Assembly (NCBI GenBank): GCA_040005235.1
Contig: JBDTZG010000007.1
Location: 1-64,000, forward strand
Origin: Acidobacteriota bacterium
GTDB taxonomy: Bacteria; Acidobacteriota; Thermoanaerobaculia; Multivoradales; UBA5704
DNA length: 64,000 nucleotides
Direction of reading: 5' to 3'
This document shows, one piece after another, positions 51,269-61,151 of this stretch (position 1 is the first letter of the stretch; each line of letters opens with the position of its first letter). Under the pieces are notes generated by a model, which was given only the letters and a program-made list of their open reading frames with translations, was not told the DNA's origin and searched no databases. Position numbers and translations under genes: made by a program.

Positions 51269-52320
51269 AGCGCTTCGTCTCGCTTTCCGAGCACTCGGGC
51301 GAAGAGATCGGCGAGCTGCTGGCGCTAGCCTCGCGGCTGGAGAAGCATTCCGATCCGGCGGCGCTCTCTCGCACGTTGCCGGGCAAAGTTCTCGGGCTGC
51401 TGTTCTTCAACCCGTCGCTCCGGACGCTTTCGAGTTTCCAGGCGGGCATGGCGCGGCTCGGCGGCTCGTGCTTCGTGATCTCGCCCGGTCAGGGGAGCTG
51501 GCAGCTCGAAACCCGCACGGGAGTCGTCATGGACGGTGCGGCGGCCGAGCACGTGCGCGAGGCGATTCCGGTGCTCGCGGGCTACGCCCATGCGCTCGGC
51601 ATCCGGTCGTTCGCGGGCGGGACGGATCTCCATGCCGATCTTTCCGATGCGACGTTCGCCGCGATGGCCGCGACGCTCGAAGCGTCATACCCCGTACCGT
51701 TGATCAACCTCGAGTCGGCGATCGACCACCCGTGCCAGGCGCTTGGCGATTGGAAGACGCTCGACGATCTGGGCGTTCCTGCGGGCGGCAAGCTCGTGCT
51801 CAGCTGGGCGCGTCATCCCAAGCCGCTTCCGCTCGCGGTGCCCGCGACCGTAGTGCAGATGGCCGCGGCGCGCGGCATGGACGTGACGGTGCTGCGGCCC
51901 GACGAATACGCGCTTCCCGAGCCGCTGATGGCGCGCGCCCGGGCCTCGGCCGCCCTTTCCGGCGGAACGGTTTCTGAGACCGCGGATCGGGAGGCGGCGA
52001 TTGCCGGAGCGCACGTGATCTACGCCAAGTCGTGGGCTTCCGCCAAGCACTACGGCGATCTGGCAATGGAAACCGAGCTGCGCGCCCGCTACTCCGACTG
52101 GACGGTCGACGAGTCGTGGTTCCGCCCGGCGGCGCCCGGCGCGCACTTTCTTCACTGCCTGCCGGTGCGGCGGAACGTGGTGGTCGCGGACGAAGTGCTG
52201 GACGGGCCGCGGAGCGCCGTATTGCCCCAAGCCCACAATCGGATGTGGGCGCAGATGGCGGTGTTGCATCGAATGTTGGGCGGGTTGGCCGGCTTGGCCG
52301 GACAGGAGGGAGCCGCATGA
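51265..52320 (+). CDS. argF: N-acyl-ornithine carbamoyltransferase (ArgF'; AOTCase/SOTCase family)
   Basis: FFNPSLRT, W.LE...G.VMDG...EH..E, HPCQ, HPKPLP, YAKSW, HCLPVRRN. Confidence 0.92.
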   Translation: MKRFVSLSEHSGEEIGELLALASRLEKHSDPAALSRTLPGKVLGLLFFNPSLRTLSSFQAGMARLGGSCFVISPGQGSWQLETRTGVVMDGAAAEHVREAIPVLAGYAHALGIRSFAGGTDLHADLSDATFAAMAATLEASYPVPLINLESAIDHPCQALGDWKTLDDLGVPAGGKLVLSWARHPKPLPLAVPATVVQMAAARGMDVTVLRPDEYALPEPLMARARASAALSGGTVSETADREAAIAGAHVIYAKSWASAKHYGDLAMETELRARYSDWTVDESWFRPAAPGAHFLHCLPVRRNVVVADEVLDGPRSAVLPQAHNRMWAQMAVLHRMLGGLAGLAGQEGAA

Positions 52321-53240
52321 ATCACCACGATTCGAACCTAGAAGTCGCAGGCTTGAAGCTCGCGATTCCGTATATCCGCCTCTATCAGGGCAAGACCTTC
52401 GTGATCAAAGCCGGCGGCGGCGCGTTCGCCGACGAGCGGACCACGATCGCGCTGCTCGAACAGGTGGAGATCCTCCATCGGCTCGGCGTGCGGGTGGTGC
52501 TCGTCCACGGCGGCGGGCCGCAAGCCTCGGCGCTCGCCGCGATCTTGGGCGCTTCGGTCGAGTTCAAGGCCGGCCGCCGGGTCACCGATCCGGTCTCGCT
52601 CGATGCCGCGACGATGGTGTTGAACGGCGCGGTCAACACGCAGATCCTCGCCCTCTGCCGCCGGGTGGGCGTACCGGCGGTGGGCCTTTCGGGCGTGGAC
52701 GCCGGCCTGATCGTCGCGCGCCGCCGGCCGCCGGTCGAGGTGGACGGCGAGACCGTCGATTACGGCCTGGTGGGCGACGTGATTCGGGTCGATCCCAAAG
52801 TGGTGCTGGCCCAGCTCGACGCGGGGCTGGTGCCGGTCGTGAGCCCGATCTCGGCCGACGAGGCGGGCGGCCTGCTGAACGTCAACGCCGACACGGTCGC
52901 CGCCCGGCTCGCGGTCGCTCTTTCTGCCGAGAAGCTGATCGTTCTGACCGGCGCCGCCGGCATTCTCGAACGCGAGGAGGACGCGGGGTCGCGGATCTCC
53001 TACACCGACCTCGCGGGGCTCGCCGAGCTGAACAGCAAAGGGGCGCTCGGCGCCGGCATGCGGCCTAAAGCGGCGGCGATCGAGCAGGCGTTGCTCCAGG
53101 GAGTCCGGCGGGTTCACGTGATCTCGCAGACCGCTCCCGACGCGCTGCTGCGCGAGGTGTTCACCAACGAGGGGAGCGGCACCCTTGTGGTGGCCGACAT
53201 CCACGCCCTCTCCCCTGCCGAGCTGGCGGCCGCGGGTTAG
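52317..53240 (+). CDS. argB: Acylglutamate kinase (no fused GNAT domain)
   Basis: PYI..Y.GKTFVIK.GG, VHGGGPQ, GRRVTD, NVNAD, GMRPK, EVFT..G.GT; 307 aa. Confidence 0.94.
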   Translation: MNHHDSNLEVAGLKLAIPYIRLYQGKTFVIKAGGGAFADERTTIALLEQVEILHRLGVRVVLVHGGGPQASALAAILGASVEFKAGRRVTDPVSLDAATMVLNGAVNTQILALCRRVGVPAVGLSGVDAGLIVARRRPPVEVDGETVDYGLVGDVIRVDPKVVLAQLDAGLVPVVSPISADEAGGLLNVNADTVAARLAVALSAEKLIVLTGAAGILEREEDAGSRISYTDLAGLAELNSKGALGAGMRPKAAAIEQALLQGVRRVHVISQTAPDALLREVFTNEGSGTLVVADIHALSPAELAAAG

Positions 53241-53249
53241 GCCGGATCA

Positions 53250-54353
53250 GTGAACGCTACCCCCTCGCCTGCGGACGTTCTCGCGCTCCACCGGCTCGCG
53301 GTCTCGACCCCTTCGGTTTCCGGCGACGAAGGTCCTCTCGCCGAGCACATGGGCGCCTGGCTCGGAGCGCGCGGTGCATGGGTCGAGCGCCTGGGAAACA
53401 CTCTGCTCGCGATCTACGAGAGCGAAATCCCGGGGGCGTCGCCGACCGCGCCGATCATTCTCCTCGACACCCATCTCGACACCGTGCCCCCCGCGCCCGG
53501 TTGGTCCCGCGATCCGTTCGCGGCGACCGTCGAGGAGGGGCGCGTCTACGGTCTCGGGTCGAACGACGCCAAAGCCTCGGTCGCGGCGATGTCGGCGGCA
53601 TTCGTCGCCTGTCTCGGCCGGCCGCTGCCGTTCACCTTGGCCCTTGCGTTGGTCGAGCAGGAAGAGACGAAGGGTCTGGGCACCGAACGCGTGCTCGCGG
53701 CGCTTGAACAGCGCGGCCGGCGCCTCGCGAGCGCGATCGTCGGCGAGCCGACGGGGCTCGACGTAGCGGTCGCCCAGAAGGGGCTGATGGTTTTAGAGCT
53801 GGTTGCCCGCGGCGACGCCTGCCACGCGGCCCACGCCAAATCGCTCGGCGCTCGAAACGCGGCGCGCGAGTTGGCGCGCGACCTGCTCGCGCTGGAAGCG
53901 ATCGAATTCCCCATCCACGAGGCGCTGGGGCCGGTCACCGTCGAGCCGACCCAGCTGCGCGCCGGCACCGCGCGCAACGTCCTCCCCGCCGAGGCGGCGG
54001 CGTTGCTCGACGTGCGGACCACGCCCGCCATCTCGCCGGAAGAAATCGCGCTCGCGATCGGCGGGGCGGTGGGCGCCGAGATCCGCGTGCTCTCCGACCG
54101 CCTCCGGCCGCGTGCGACTCCCGAAGATTCGCCGCTGCTGGCCGCCGTTCTCTCCGTCCGTCCGGTCGCGCGGCTGTACGGGTCGCCGACGCTCTCCGAT
54201 TGGGCGCTGATCGACGCGCCCGCGATCAAATGCGGCCCCGGCCGGTCCGAGCGCTCGCACCGGGTGGACGAGTACGTCGAAGAGGAAGAAATCCTCGCCG
54301 GGGTGCGGTTCTACGGCGAGTTGATCGATGCGCTCGCCCGAGGGTGGCGATGA
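53250..54353 (+). CDS. argE: M20 deacylase (acyl-ornithine/acyl-citrulline deacylase)
   Basis: PSVSGDE, THLDTV, GLGSNDAK, EE, GEPT, HAAH, GPG.S..SH..DEY. Confidence 0.9.
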   Translation: MNATPSPADVLALHRLAVSTPSVSGDEGPLAEHMGAWLGARGAWVERLGNTLLAIYESEIPGASPTAPIILLDTHLDTVPPAPGWSRDPFAATVEEGRVYGLGSNDAKASVAAMSAAFVACLGRPLPFTLALALVEQEETKGLGTERVLAALEQRGRRLASAIVGEPTGLDVAVAQKGLMVLELVARGDACHAAHAKSLGARNAARELARDLLALEAIEFPIHEALGPVTVEPTQLRAGTARNVLPAEAAALLDVRTTPAISPEEIALAIGGAVGAEIRVLSDRLRPRATPEDSPLLAAVLSVRPVARLYGSPTLSDWALIDAPAIKCGPGRSERSHRVDEYVEEEEILAGVRFYGELIDALARGWR

Positions 54354-55555
54354 CCCGGCTCTGGGATAAAGGCGTGCCGCTCGACGAGCGGGTGCTCCGC
54401 TACACCGCGGGCGAGGACCACGCCCTGGATGAGCGGCTGGTCGCTTACGACGTCCGCGCCTCGATCGCTCACGCCGAGATGCTGACCGGACAAAAGCTAT
54501 TGGCGGAAGAAGATCTCGCCGCAATCCGCGCCGGCCTCGAAGCGCTGGGCGCCGAGCACGCCGCGGGAGCGTGGCGGATCGAGCTGGCGGACGAGGATTG
54601 CCACACCGCGCTCGAACGGCGGCTCACCGAACGAATCGGCGAAGCCGGCGCGCGCATCCACCTCGGCCGTTCGCGGAACGACCAGGTGCTCGCGGCGTTA
54701 CGCATCTATTTGCGCGACGCGGTGGCGAATCTGGCCGAAGGTGCCCGGGCGATCGGTTCGGCGCTCGACGATCTCGCCGCGCGCCATTCGGACGTTGCGC
54801 TCTCCGGCTACACCCACATGCAGCCGGCCATGCCGAGCACCGTGGCGCTCTGGGCCGGCGGCTTCGCGAGCGAGCTGCGCGACGACGCGGAAGGGTTCGA
54901 GGCGGCGCTCCGGCGGATCGACAAAAATCCGCTCGGCTCCGCCGCCGGCTACGGCGTCCCCGCCATTCTGCCGATCGACCGCGAATCAACGCGAGAGAAG
55001 CTCGGCTTCCGCGAGATCCACCAGCCCGTGACCGCCGTCCAGCTCTCTCGCGGCAAGGCCGAAGCGCAGGTGCTGTTCGAGGTCGCCCTTCTGCTCCAGG
55101 ACTGCGGCCGGCTGGCCGCCGATCTCGTCCTCTTCTCGATGAAAGAGCTGGGCTTCGTGAGCCTGCCGGCCGAGATGACAACCGGCTCGTCGATCATGCC
55201 CCAGAAGCGCAACCCGGACGTCTTCGAGCTGATCCGAGCCCGCACCGCAGCGGGCCACGCGGGCCTGCTCGAAGCGCTCGCGATTCCGGCCAAGCTCCCG
55301 TCGGGATACCACCGCGATCTCCAATTGCTCAAAGCTCCCCTCTTTCGCGGCATCGACCTCGCGCTCGAAACTGGCGCGATCCTCGCTCACGCGCTCCCCG
55401 GCGTCCGCTTCCACCCGGAGAAGATTCATCTCGATCCGGAGCTGTCCGCGGCGGAAGACGCCTATCGGCTGGTGCTCGAAGAGGGGATCCCGTTCCGCGA
55501 GGCCTATGCCCGGGTGGCGGCGGGGCTGGCGCACGATAAGATGCCGAAACGCTGA
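54350..55555 (+). CDS. argH: Argininosuccinate lyase
   Basis: RLWDKG, IH.GRSRNDQV, GYTHMQ.AMP, TGSSIMPQKRNPD, GY.RDLQ, PFREAY. Confidence 0.95.
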   Translation: MTRLWDKGVPLDERVLRYTAGEDHALDERLVAYDVRASIAHAEMLTGQKLLAEEDLAAIRAGLEALGAEHAAGAWRIELADEDCHTALERRLTERIGEAGARIHLGRSRNDQVLAALRIYLRDAVANLAEGARAIGSALDDLAARHSDVALSGYTHMQPAMPSTVALWAGGFASELRDDAEGFEAALRRIDKNPLGSAAGYGVPAILPIDRESTREKLGFREIHQPVTAVQLSRGKAEAQVLFEVALLLQDCGRLAADLVLFSMKELGFVSLPAEMTTGSSIMPQKRNPDVFELIRARTAAGHAGLLEALAIPAKLPSGYHRDLQLLKAPLFRGIDLALETGAILAHALPGVRFHPEKIHLDPELSAAEDAYRLVLEEGIPFREAYARVAAGLAHDKMPKR

Positions 55556-55629
55556 CCTTGGCTAAGCACGATCCGCGCTCACACCCTTCCGGCGTAGGTG
55601 TGTCCGTTGTCAGCATGAAGAGACCGGTC

Positions 55630-58302
55630 ATGAAGAAAATCTGCTGGGCCTTGGCGCTTGCCGCCGCGCTCTCGCCGTCCGCCTCTTGGGCACTCAGCCC
55701 GTACCTGGTTGCAGATCTCGACCCCGGCTTTTTCAGCGCCGGCTCGCAGCCGTACGGTTTCGTTTCGCTGGGATCGCGGGTGGTCTTCCAGATCCTCGAA
55801 AAGCCGGTGCTTTGGGGCACCGCGGGCGTGTTGGATGATCCGGTTCCCCTGGGTCCTCCGAATTTGCGGGTCGATACGGCTCCCGTGGCTGCCGGGGGAC
55901 GCGGGTATTTTAACGGCTGCGACGGCAGCGACTGCGGTTTCTACGCCACCGACGGCACACCCGCGGGGACTCGGCGGCTCCTCCGCTTCCGGTTCGCTTC
56001 GTTCTTTACGCCCGAGGCGGTGGCGCCGGCCGGACTGCCGCGCACCCTGGTCATTTTGAGCGCCGAAAACGGCCCTACGCTCTGGCGCACCGATGGCACC
56101 CCCGCGGGCACACGTAAGGTCGGGGCGCCCGCGCGTGCGCGCCGCCTGCGCGAGCTGACCGAATTCCGCGGCAAAGGTTGGTTCTTCGCCGATCTGCCGA
56201 ACGCGCCCGGGGCGCTCCTGTCCTCCGACGGCCTGGCGGCCGGCACCCGGCGAATCGGCACATCGACGCTCGGGTCCGGTTTCACAACGCTCGGTGGACG
56301 GCTGCTGTTCTACGCCGACCAGGGCATCTGGGCGAGCGACGGCACGGCGGCCGGCACCGGCCGGCTCGCGGCCCTGCCCGGCCTCGACCCCAGCTTTAGG
56401 CCGCCGATCGTCGCCGCGGGCGGCCGCGCCTTCTTCTTTTACCTCGGCGGGGGCGAACGGGAGCTTTGGACCACCGACGGCACCCCCGAGGGCACGCGCC
56501 GGGTCAAGGCGGTCGCGGGTGATGGCCGGAACGATCTTCGGGCGCTCGGCGCGAAAGTCGGGTTCGTCGGTTTCGACGCGGCCCGCGGCGCGGAGCTTTG
56601 GACGAGCGACGGCACGGCCGCGGGCACCCGGCAAGCCAAGGACCTCTGCCCCGGCCCGTGCAGCGGGGTTTCCGAGCTGGGTCCCTCGGCGCTCGGAAAG
56701 ATCTGGCTCGCTGGAACGACCCCCGATCGCGGCCTGGAGGTCTGGACCAGCGACCTTTCACCTGCCGGCACCCGCCAGCTGCGCGACCTGTGCGCGGGGG
56801 CCTGCTCCAGCGATCCACGCCAGTGGCGGGCGGCCGGAGGGCGGATGTATTTCCTCGCCCGCGTCGATTTCGTCGAGCGCCTGATCGCGAGCGACGGCAC
56901 GGCGGCGGGCACTCTGGCCGTCGGGGTCCCTGCGCGCGCCGCCCGAACGCTCGACGCCGTACCGCTCGGCGCGGCCCTGGTCTTCGTGGGATACGGCGCC
57001 GCGCAGGGCGAAGAGCCCTGGATTTCGGACGGTACTGCCGCGGGCACGCGGCTGCTCGCCGATCTCGACTCCGCCAACCTGGCCGGCTCCTACCCGCTCT
57101 CCTATGCCGAAGCCGGGGGCCGGCCGTTCTTCTTCGCCTTCGATGGCATCCTAACGACCTGGCTCTGGACCACCGACGGCACCGCCGAGGGAACCCGGGT
57201 CGCCTACGAATTGCCGGACGAGCTTTGCCTGGAAGAGATCGGCCGGACCGCCGAGGCCGGCGGGCGGCTCGTGGCCTTCCTGGAGATGTGCGAAGAGGAT
57301 CGTCTGTTCGAGGTGGTGGGAAGCGACGGCACCCCGGCCGGCAGCGGGCCGCTCCTGCCCGCGGGCGTGTTCGGCGACGGCCGCTTCGTGCCTGCGGGCG
57401 GCCAGGTGTTGTTCAGCGCCTTCGACGAGGTCCACGGCTTCGAGCTCTGGTCGACCGACGGCACTCCCGGCGGAACTACGCGGCTCTCCGATTTCGTTCT
57501 TCCCGATCCGTTTCGTCCCGAAGGCGCGGGATTCCCGATGTTCTTCTCTTTCGGAGACCGTGCGGTCGTTCCCGTGCTCTCGGTGGCTGGCGGCGAGGAG
57601 CTTTGGATCTCGGACGGTACCGCAGCCGGCACCCGCCCGCTCCACGAGGTCTTCCCCTTTCTGGAGGCGCCGCTCGAAAATGCCAAAAGCGCGACTGCGG
57701 CGCTCGACGGCCGGTTCTACTTCGTCGCCGCTGCGCCGGGGGATGCCGCGGCGACGCTTTGGAGTACCGATCTCTCCGCCTCGGGCACGCGATCGGTCGG
57801 GCCGCTCGATCTCTCGCGCGCCGAGGCGGGCGGTTGGTCGCTCTTCCCGCTCGGCGTCAAGCTCCTCCTCTCCGGTTCTTCGACCACGCTGGGGCAAACG
57901 CTCTGGACCAGCGACGGAACCGCCGCTGGAACGCGCCTGGTCGGCGCCCAGCCCATCAGCTCGCTCCTGGCGCCGGTCGCATTCTCGAACCGCCTCTGGT
58001 TTCAAAACGAATTCGGCGAGCTGTGGTCGACCGACGGCACGACCGAGGGCACGAAGATCTTCGAGATCGACGGCGGGCCTCTGTTCCCTCTGGCGCTCGC
58101 CCCGTTCGCCGGCCGTTTGATCCTCTCCTCGCGCCAGGGCTTTTTCGCGAGCGACGGAACCGCCGCGGGCACCGTGCGGATTGACCTGCCGGGTCCCGCG
58201 GGTCCCTACCCGGGCTCGCTGCTACCGGTGGGGGACCGGCTCTACTTTAGGTGGGACGACCTCGTGCATGGCGCCGAGCCCTGGGCGCTTCGCCCCGATT
58301 GA
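55630..58302 (+). CDS. Secreted ELWxxDGT-repeat beta-propeller protein
   Basis: Signal peptide and many ELW(T/S)(S/T)DGT.AGT repeats. Confidence 0.92.
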   Translation: MKKICWALALAAALSPSASWALSPYLVADLDPGFFSAGSQPYGFVSLGSRVVFQILEKPVLWGTAGVLDDPVPLGPPNLRVDTAPVAAGGRGYFNGCDGSDCGFYATDGTPAGTRRLLRFRFASFFTPEAVAPAGLPRTLVILSAENGPTLWRTDGTPAGTRKVGAPARARRLRELTEFRGKGWFFADLPNAPGALLSSDGLAAGTRRIGTSTLGSGFTTLGGRLLFYADQGIWASDGTAAGTGRLAALPGLDPSFRPPIVAAGGRAFFFYLGGGERELWTTDGTPEGTRRVKAVAGDGRNDLRALGAKVGFVGFDAARGAELWTSDGTAAGTRQAKDLCPGPCSGVSELGPSALGKIWLAGTTPDRGLEVWTSDLSPAGTRQLRDLCAGACSSDPRQWRAAGGRMYFLARVDFVERLIASDGTAAGTLAVGVPARAARTLDAVPLGAALVFVGYGAAQGEEPWISDGTAAGTRLLADLDSANLAGSYPLSYAEAGGRPFFFAFDGILTTWLWTTDGTAEGTRVAYELPDELCLEEIGRTAEAGGRLVAFLEMCEEDRLFEVVGSDGTPAGSGPLLPAGVFGDGRFVPAGGQVLFSAFDEVHGFELWSTDGTPGGTTRLSDFVLPDPFRPEGAGFPMFFSFGDRAVVPVLSVAGGEELWISDGTAAGTRPLHEVFPFLEAPLENAKSATAALDGRFYFVAAAPGDAAATLWSTDLSASGTRSVGPLDLSRAEAGGWSLFPLGVKLLLSGSSTTLGQTLWTSDGTAAGTRLVGAQPISSLLAPVAFSNRLWFQNEFGELWSTDGTTEGTKIFEIDGGPLFPLALAPFAGRLILSSRQGFFASDGTAAGTVRIDLPGPAGPYPGSLLPVGDRLYFRWDDLVHGAEPWALRPD

Positions 58303-58335
58303 CCTCGACGATTCGAATCCAGGAGTGAAGACGCC

Positions 58336-61020
58336 ATGAATTTCCGCCGCTCGATCCTCGCCGTTCTCGGCGTCGCTTTTCTCTTTCTCGCCGCCAGCAT
58401 TCCCGCGCGGGCGCTTGTCCCGTACCGCGTCGCCGACATCGATCCCACCTTCCGGAGCGTCGGATCGGACCCCAACCGCTTCGTGCGGGTCGGCGCCCGC
58501 TCGCTGTTCGTGGCCACCACGCCCGGCGTCGGCCTCTGGTCGAGCGACGGCACCGCGCCGGGCACGGTGCGTCTGGTGCGCAACCAGGTTTCGATCGAGC
58601 ACTTGGTCGCAACAGGAGACCTCGCCTTTTTCATCGCCTGCGACCCGACGCTCTGCCGCCTTTACTCCGCCGACGGCACGGTGGGCGGAACGCGAGCGAT
58701 CGCGTCGCCGTTCGTTTCGGCGTCGCCCGCCGCGGTCGCCGCCGGGCCGCGCCGAATTTATTTCGCCCGGCAGACCCCCGCCTTGGGCAGCGAGCTGTGG
58801 ACCAGCGACGGCACGCTCGCAGGCACCCGCCTGGTCAAGGATCTGGCGTCCGGCCCCGGCGGCTCCACGCCGAGCCGGCTGGTCTGGTTCCGCGGCCGCC
58901 TCTGGTTCTTCGCGCTCGATGGCCTCTGGACGAGCGACGGCACGGCCTCCGGCACGCGGCGAATCGCCACGGTCGGCAGCGCTTTCCAGGCCTCCTCGGC
59001 CGGCTCGCGGCTGCTGTTTTTCGCGGCGGCGGCGGGCAGCCCCCAGGCGCGTCTCTGGTCGAGCGACGGCACGGCCGCGGGGACGCGCGTTCTGGCGGGT
59101 GTCGCTCCGGTGGAGTCTGCCACGGTGCGGCCGTTCGGTTCGACCGCGACCGAAGCGTTTTTCTTCATCTCGCGGGAAGATCCGGCCGACGCCCGCCAGG
59201 AGCTGTGGGCGAGCGACGGGACGCCGGCCCGCACCCGCAAGCTCGCGAGGTTCGAGGCGGGCAACGCCGCAACGCCGTTTCTCGTCGTCGGTTCGCGGGT
59301 CGGATTCCTCGCTTACGACTCCGAGCACGGCCGGGAGCTTTGGGCGAGCGATGGCAAACCCGGCGGGACGCGCTCCCTCGACATCTGCCCGGGCAACTGC
59401 GATGGCGTGGAAAGACTCGGAGTTTCCGACGGCCTCCGGATCTGGTTTGCCGGCGACGACGGAGTTCACCGCTCCGAGCCCTGGATCAGCGACCTCACGC
59501 CGGCCGGGACCCGTCTGATCAAGGACATCGTCCCCCTCTCCACGTCGAACCCTGAAGGGTTTATTGCGGAGGGAGGCAAGGCGTATTTCATCGCGAGCGG
59601 CTTGGCGGAAGAGGCGCTCTGGACCAGCGACGGCACCGCCGCCGGTACGTTCCGGATCGTGCGCCCGGCCGAGGACGTGTTTTTCTCGCTCGGGCTCGGG
59701 ACGATCGTCGGTGGCCGGGTCTTCTTCCGGATGGACGACTCTGTGCACGGCGCCGAGCCGTGGGTCTCCGACGGCACCGCGGCGGGATCGGCGCTGGTCG
59801 CCGACCTCGACCCGAGCCAGGACGGCGGCTCGGCCCCGCACCAGTTGAGCGCCGGGGGCGCGCGTTGCTTCTTTTTCGCCAACGCAAAATTCGGCGAGCG
59901 CGAGACGGAACTCTGGTCGTCGGACGGCACGGCGGCGGGGACCGCTTTTCTGGAGCGATTCGAATTCGGCTTCGAGCTGATCGCCCAGGCCGACCTGGGA
60001 TCGCGCGTCGCGCTGGTCGAAGGCCGGGGCGGGGTCGAAATCTGGCTCAGCGACGGGACCGCGGACGGCACCTTTATCGCCCACGGCAATGATGTGTACC
60101 CGACCGGCAGGATTCGCGCGGTCGGCAGCCGGCTCTTCTTCGAAGCGTCGGACAGCGATCACGGCGATGAGCTGTGGACCACGGACGGCACCCCGGCGGG
60201 GACCCTGCGGCTCACCGACTTCACGAATCCCGAGCCGTTCACCGACACTTTCAACTTCCAACGCGCCGCCTTCCGAGTCCTGGGGGATCGCCTCGTGTTC
60301 CTCGCCGCCGACGCCTTCGGCCGCTTCGAGCCTTGGATCTCGGACGGCACGATCGGCGGCACCCGCCATCTCGGCGAGGTTTATCCCGCGATCGCCGCGC
60401 CGCTCGCCGAGCTGTCGAGCGAGATCGTGCCGGTCGGTAACCGCTACTTCTTCGTCTCGGGCGAAGAGACCACCGTCGACCCCGGCCTTTGGGTCACCGA
60501 CCTCACGGCGGCCGGAACGAAAAGAATCGGCGATCTGCGCGATCCGCAAGGTCGGTGGGTGGCCGAGGCAGGGCTCTTCGCGCTCGGCTCGCGGGCGATC
60601 CTTTTCTACCAGGGGCAATTCGACGACGTGGGCTTCGTGACGAGCGACGGCACCACGCTCACGCCAGGGGCCGGCGTCGGGCTCCCCTTCGGCGTTACGC
60701 CCGTCCTTTGGGGCAGCCGCCTCGTCTTTCGCGCAGAGGACGGTCTTTACGCCACCGATGGCACCCCCTCCGGAACCGTGCAGCTCCACGGAGCCAACGG
60801 CCAGGAGATCCGCGCCACCGCCTACGCCCTGATCGGCGGCCGGCTCGCCTACCTTGCCGCCGACGGCATCTGGGAGACCAACGGCACCCCGGCGGGCACG
60901 AAGCGGCTCCTCGCCCCGCGCGAAGGCCAGACTCTCGACTTCGTCCGCGCGGGCGATCGCATCTTCTTCCCCTGGTACGACAAGGCGACCGGGGTCGAGC
61001 TTTGGGCGCTGCGGCCTTAG
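58336..61020 (+). CDS. Secreted ELWxxDGT-repeat protein (tandem paralog)
   Basis: AGGAG RBS, signal peptide ARA, same repeat order and WALRP terminus as the previous gene. Confidence 0.93.
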   Translation: MNFRRSILAVLGVAFLFLAASIPARALVPYRVADIDPTFRSVGSDPNRFVRVGARSLFVATTPGVGLWSSDGTAPGTVRLVRNQVSIEHLVATGDLAFFIACDPTLCRLYSADGTVGGTRAIASPFVSASPAAVAAGPRRIYFARQTPALGSELWTSDGTLAGTRLVKDLASGPGGSTPSRLVWFRGRLWFFALDGLWTSDGTASGTRRIATVGSAFQASSAGSRLLFFAAAAGSPQARLWSSDGTAAGTRVLAGVAPVESATVRPFGSTATEAFFFISREDPADARQELWASDGTPARTRKLARFEAGNAATPFLVVGSRVGFLAYDSEHGRELWASDGKPGGTRSLDICPGNCDGVERLGVSDGLRIWFAGDDGVHRSEPWISDLTPAGTRLIKDIVPLSTSNPEGFIAEGGKAYFIASGLAEEALWTSDGTAAGTFRIVRPAEDVFFSLGLGTIVGGRVFFRMDDSVHGAEPWVSDGTAAGSALVADLDPSQDGGSAPHQLSAGGARCFFFANAKFGERETELWSSDGTAAGTAFLERFEFGFELIAQADLGSRVALVEGRGGVEIWLSDGTADGTFIAHGNDVYPTGRIRAVGSRLFFEASDSDHGDELWTTDGTPAGTLRLTDFTNPEPFTDTFNFQRAAFRVLGDRLVFLAADAFGRFEPWISDGTIGGTRHLGEVYPAIAAPLAELSSEIVPVGNRYFFVSGEETTVDPGLWVTDLTAAGTKRIGDLRDPQGRWVAEAGLFALGSRAILFYQGQFDDVGFVTSDGTTLTPGAGVGLPFGVTPVLWGSRLVFRAEDGLYATDGTPSGTVQLHGANGQEIRATAYALIGGRLAYLAADGIWETNGTPAGTKRLLAPREGQTLDFVRAGDRIFFPWYDKATGVELWALRP

Positions 61021-61151
61021 GAAAGGATGGCCCGGAGACTTGGAAACTCGTCAGTCCCGCGCGGCGGCGGGCCGAATGTGCGACCGATTCTCGCGTCTAG
61101 ATCCTTAGAATAGGTCGCACCTCTCGCATTTCAACGGTTTGGAGGACGCCC

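Noticed and set aside
55630-61020. Diversity-generating retroelement TR/VR pair among the repeats
   Set aside because: The repeats are protein-level propeller blades; no adenine-specific mismatched copy or DGR RT was seen.
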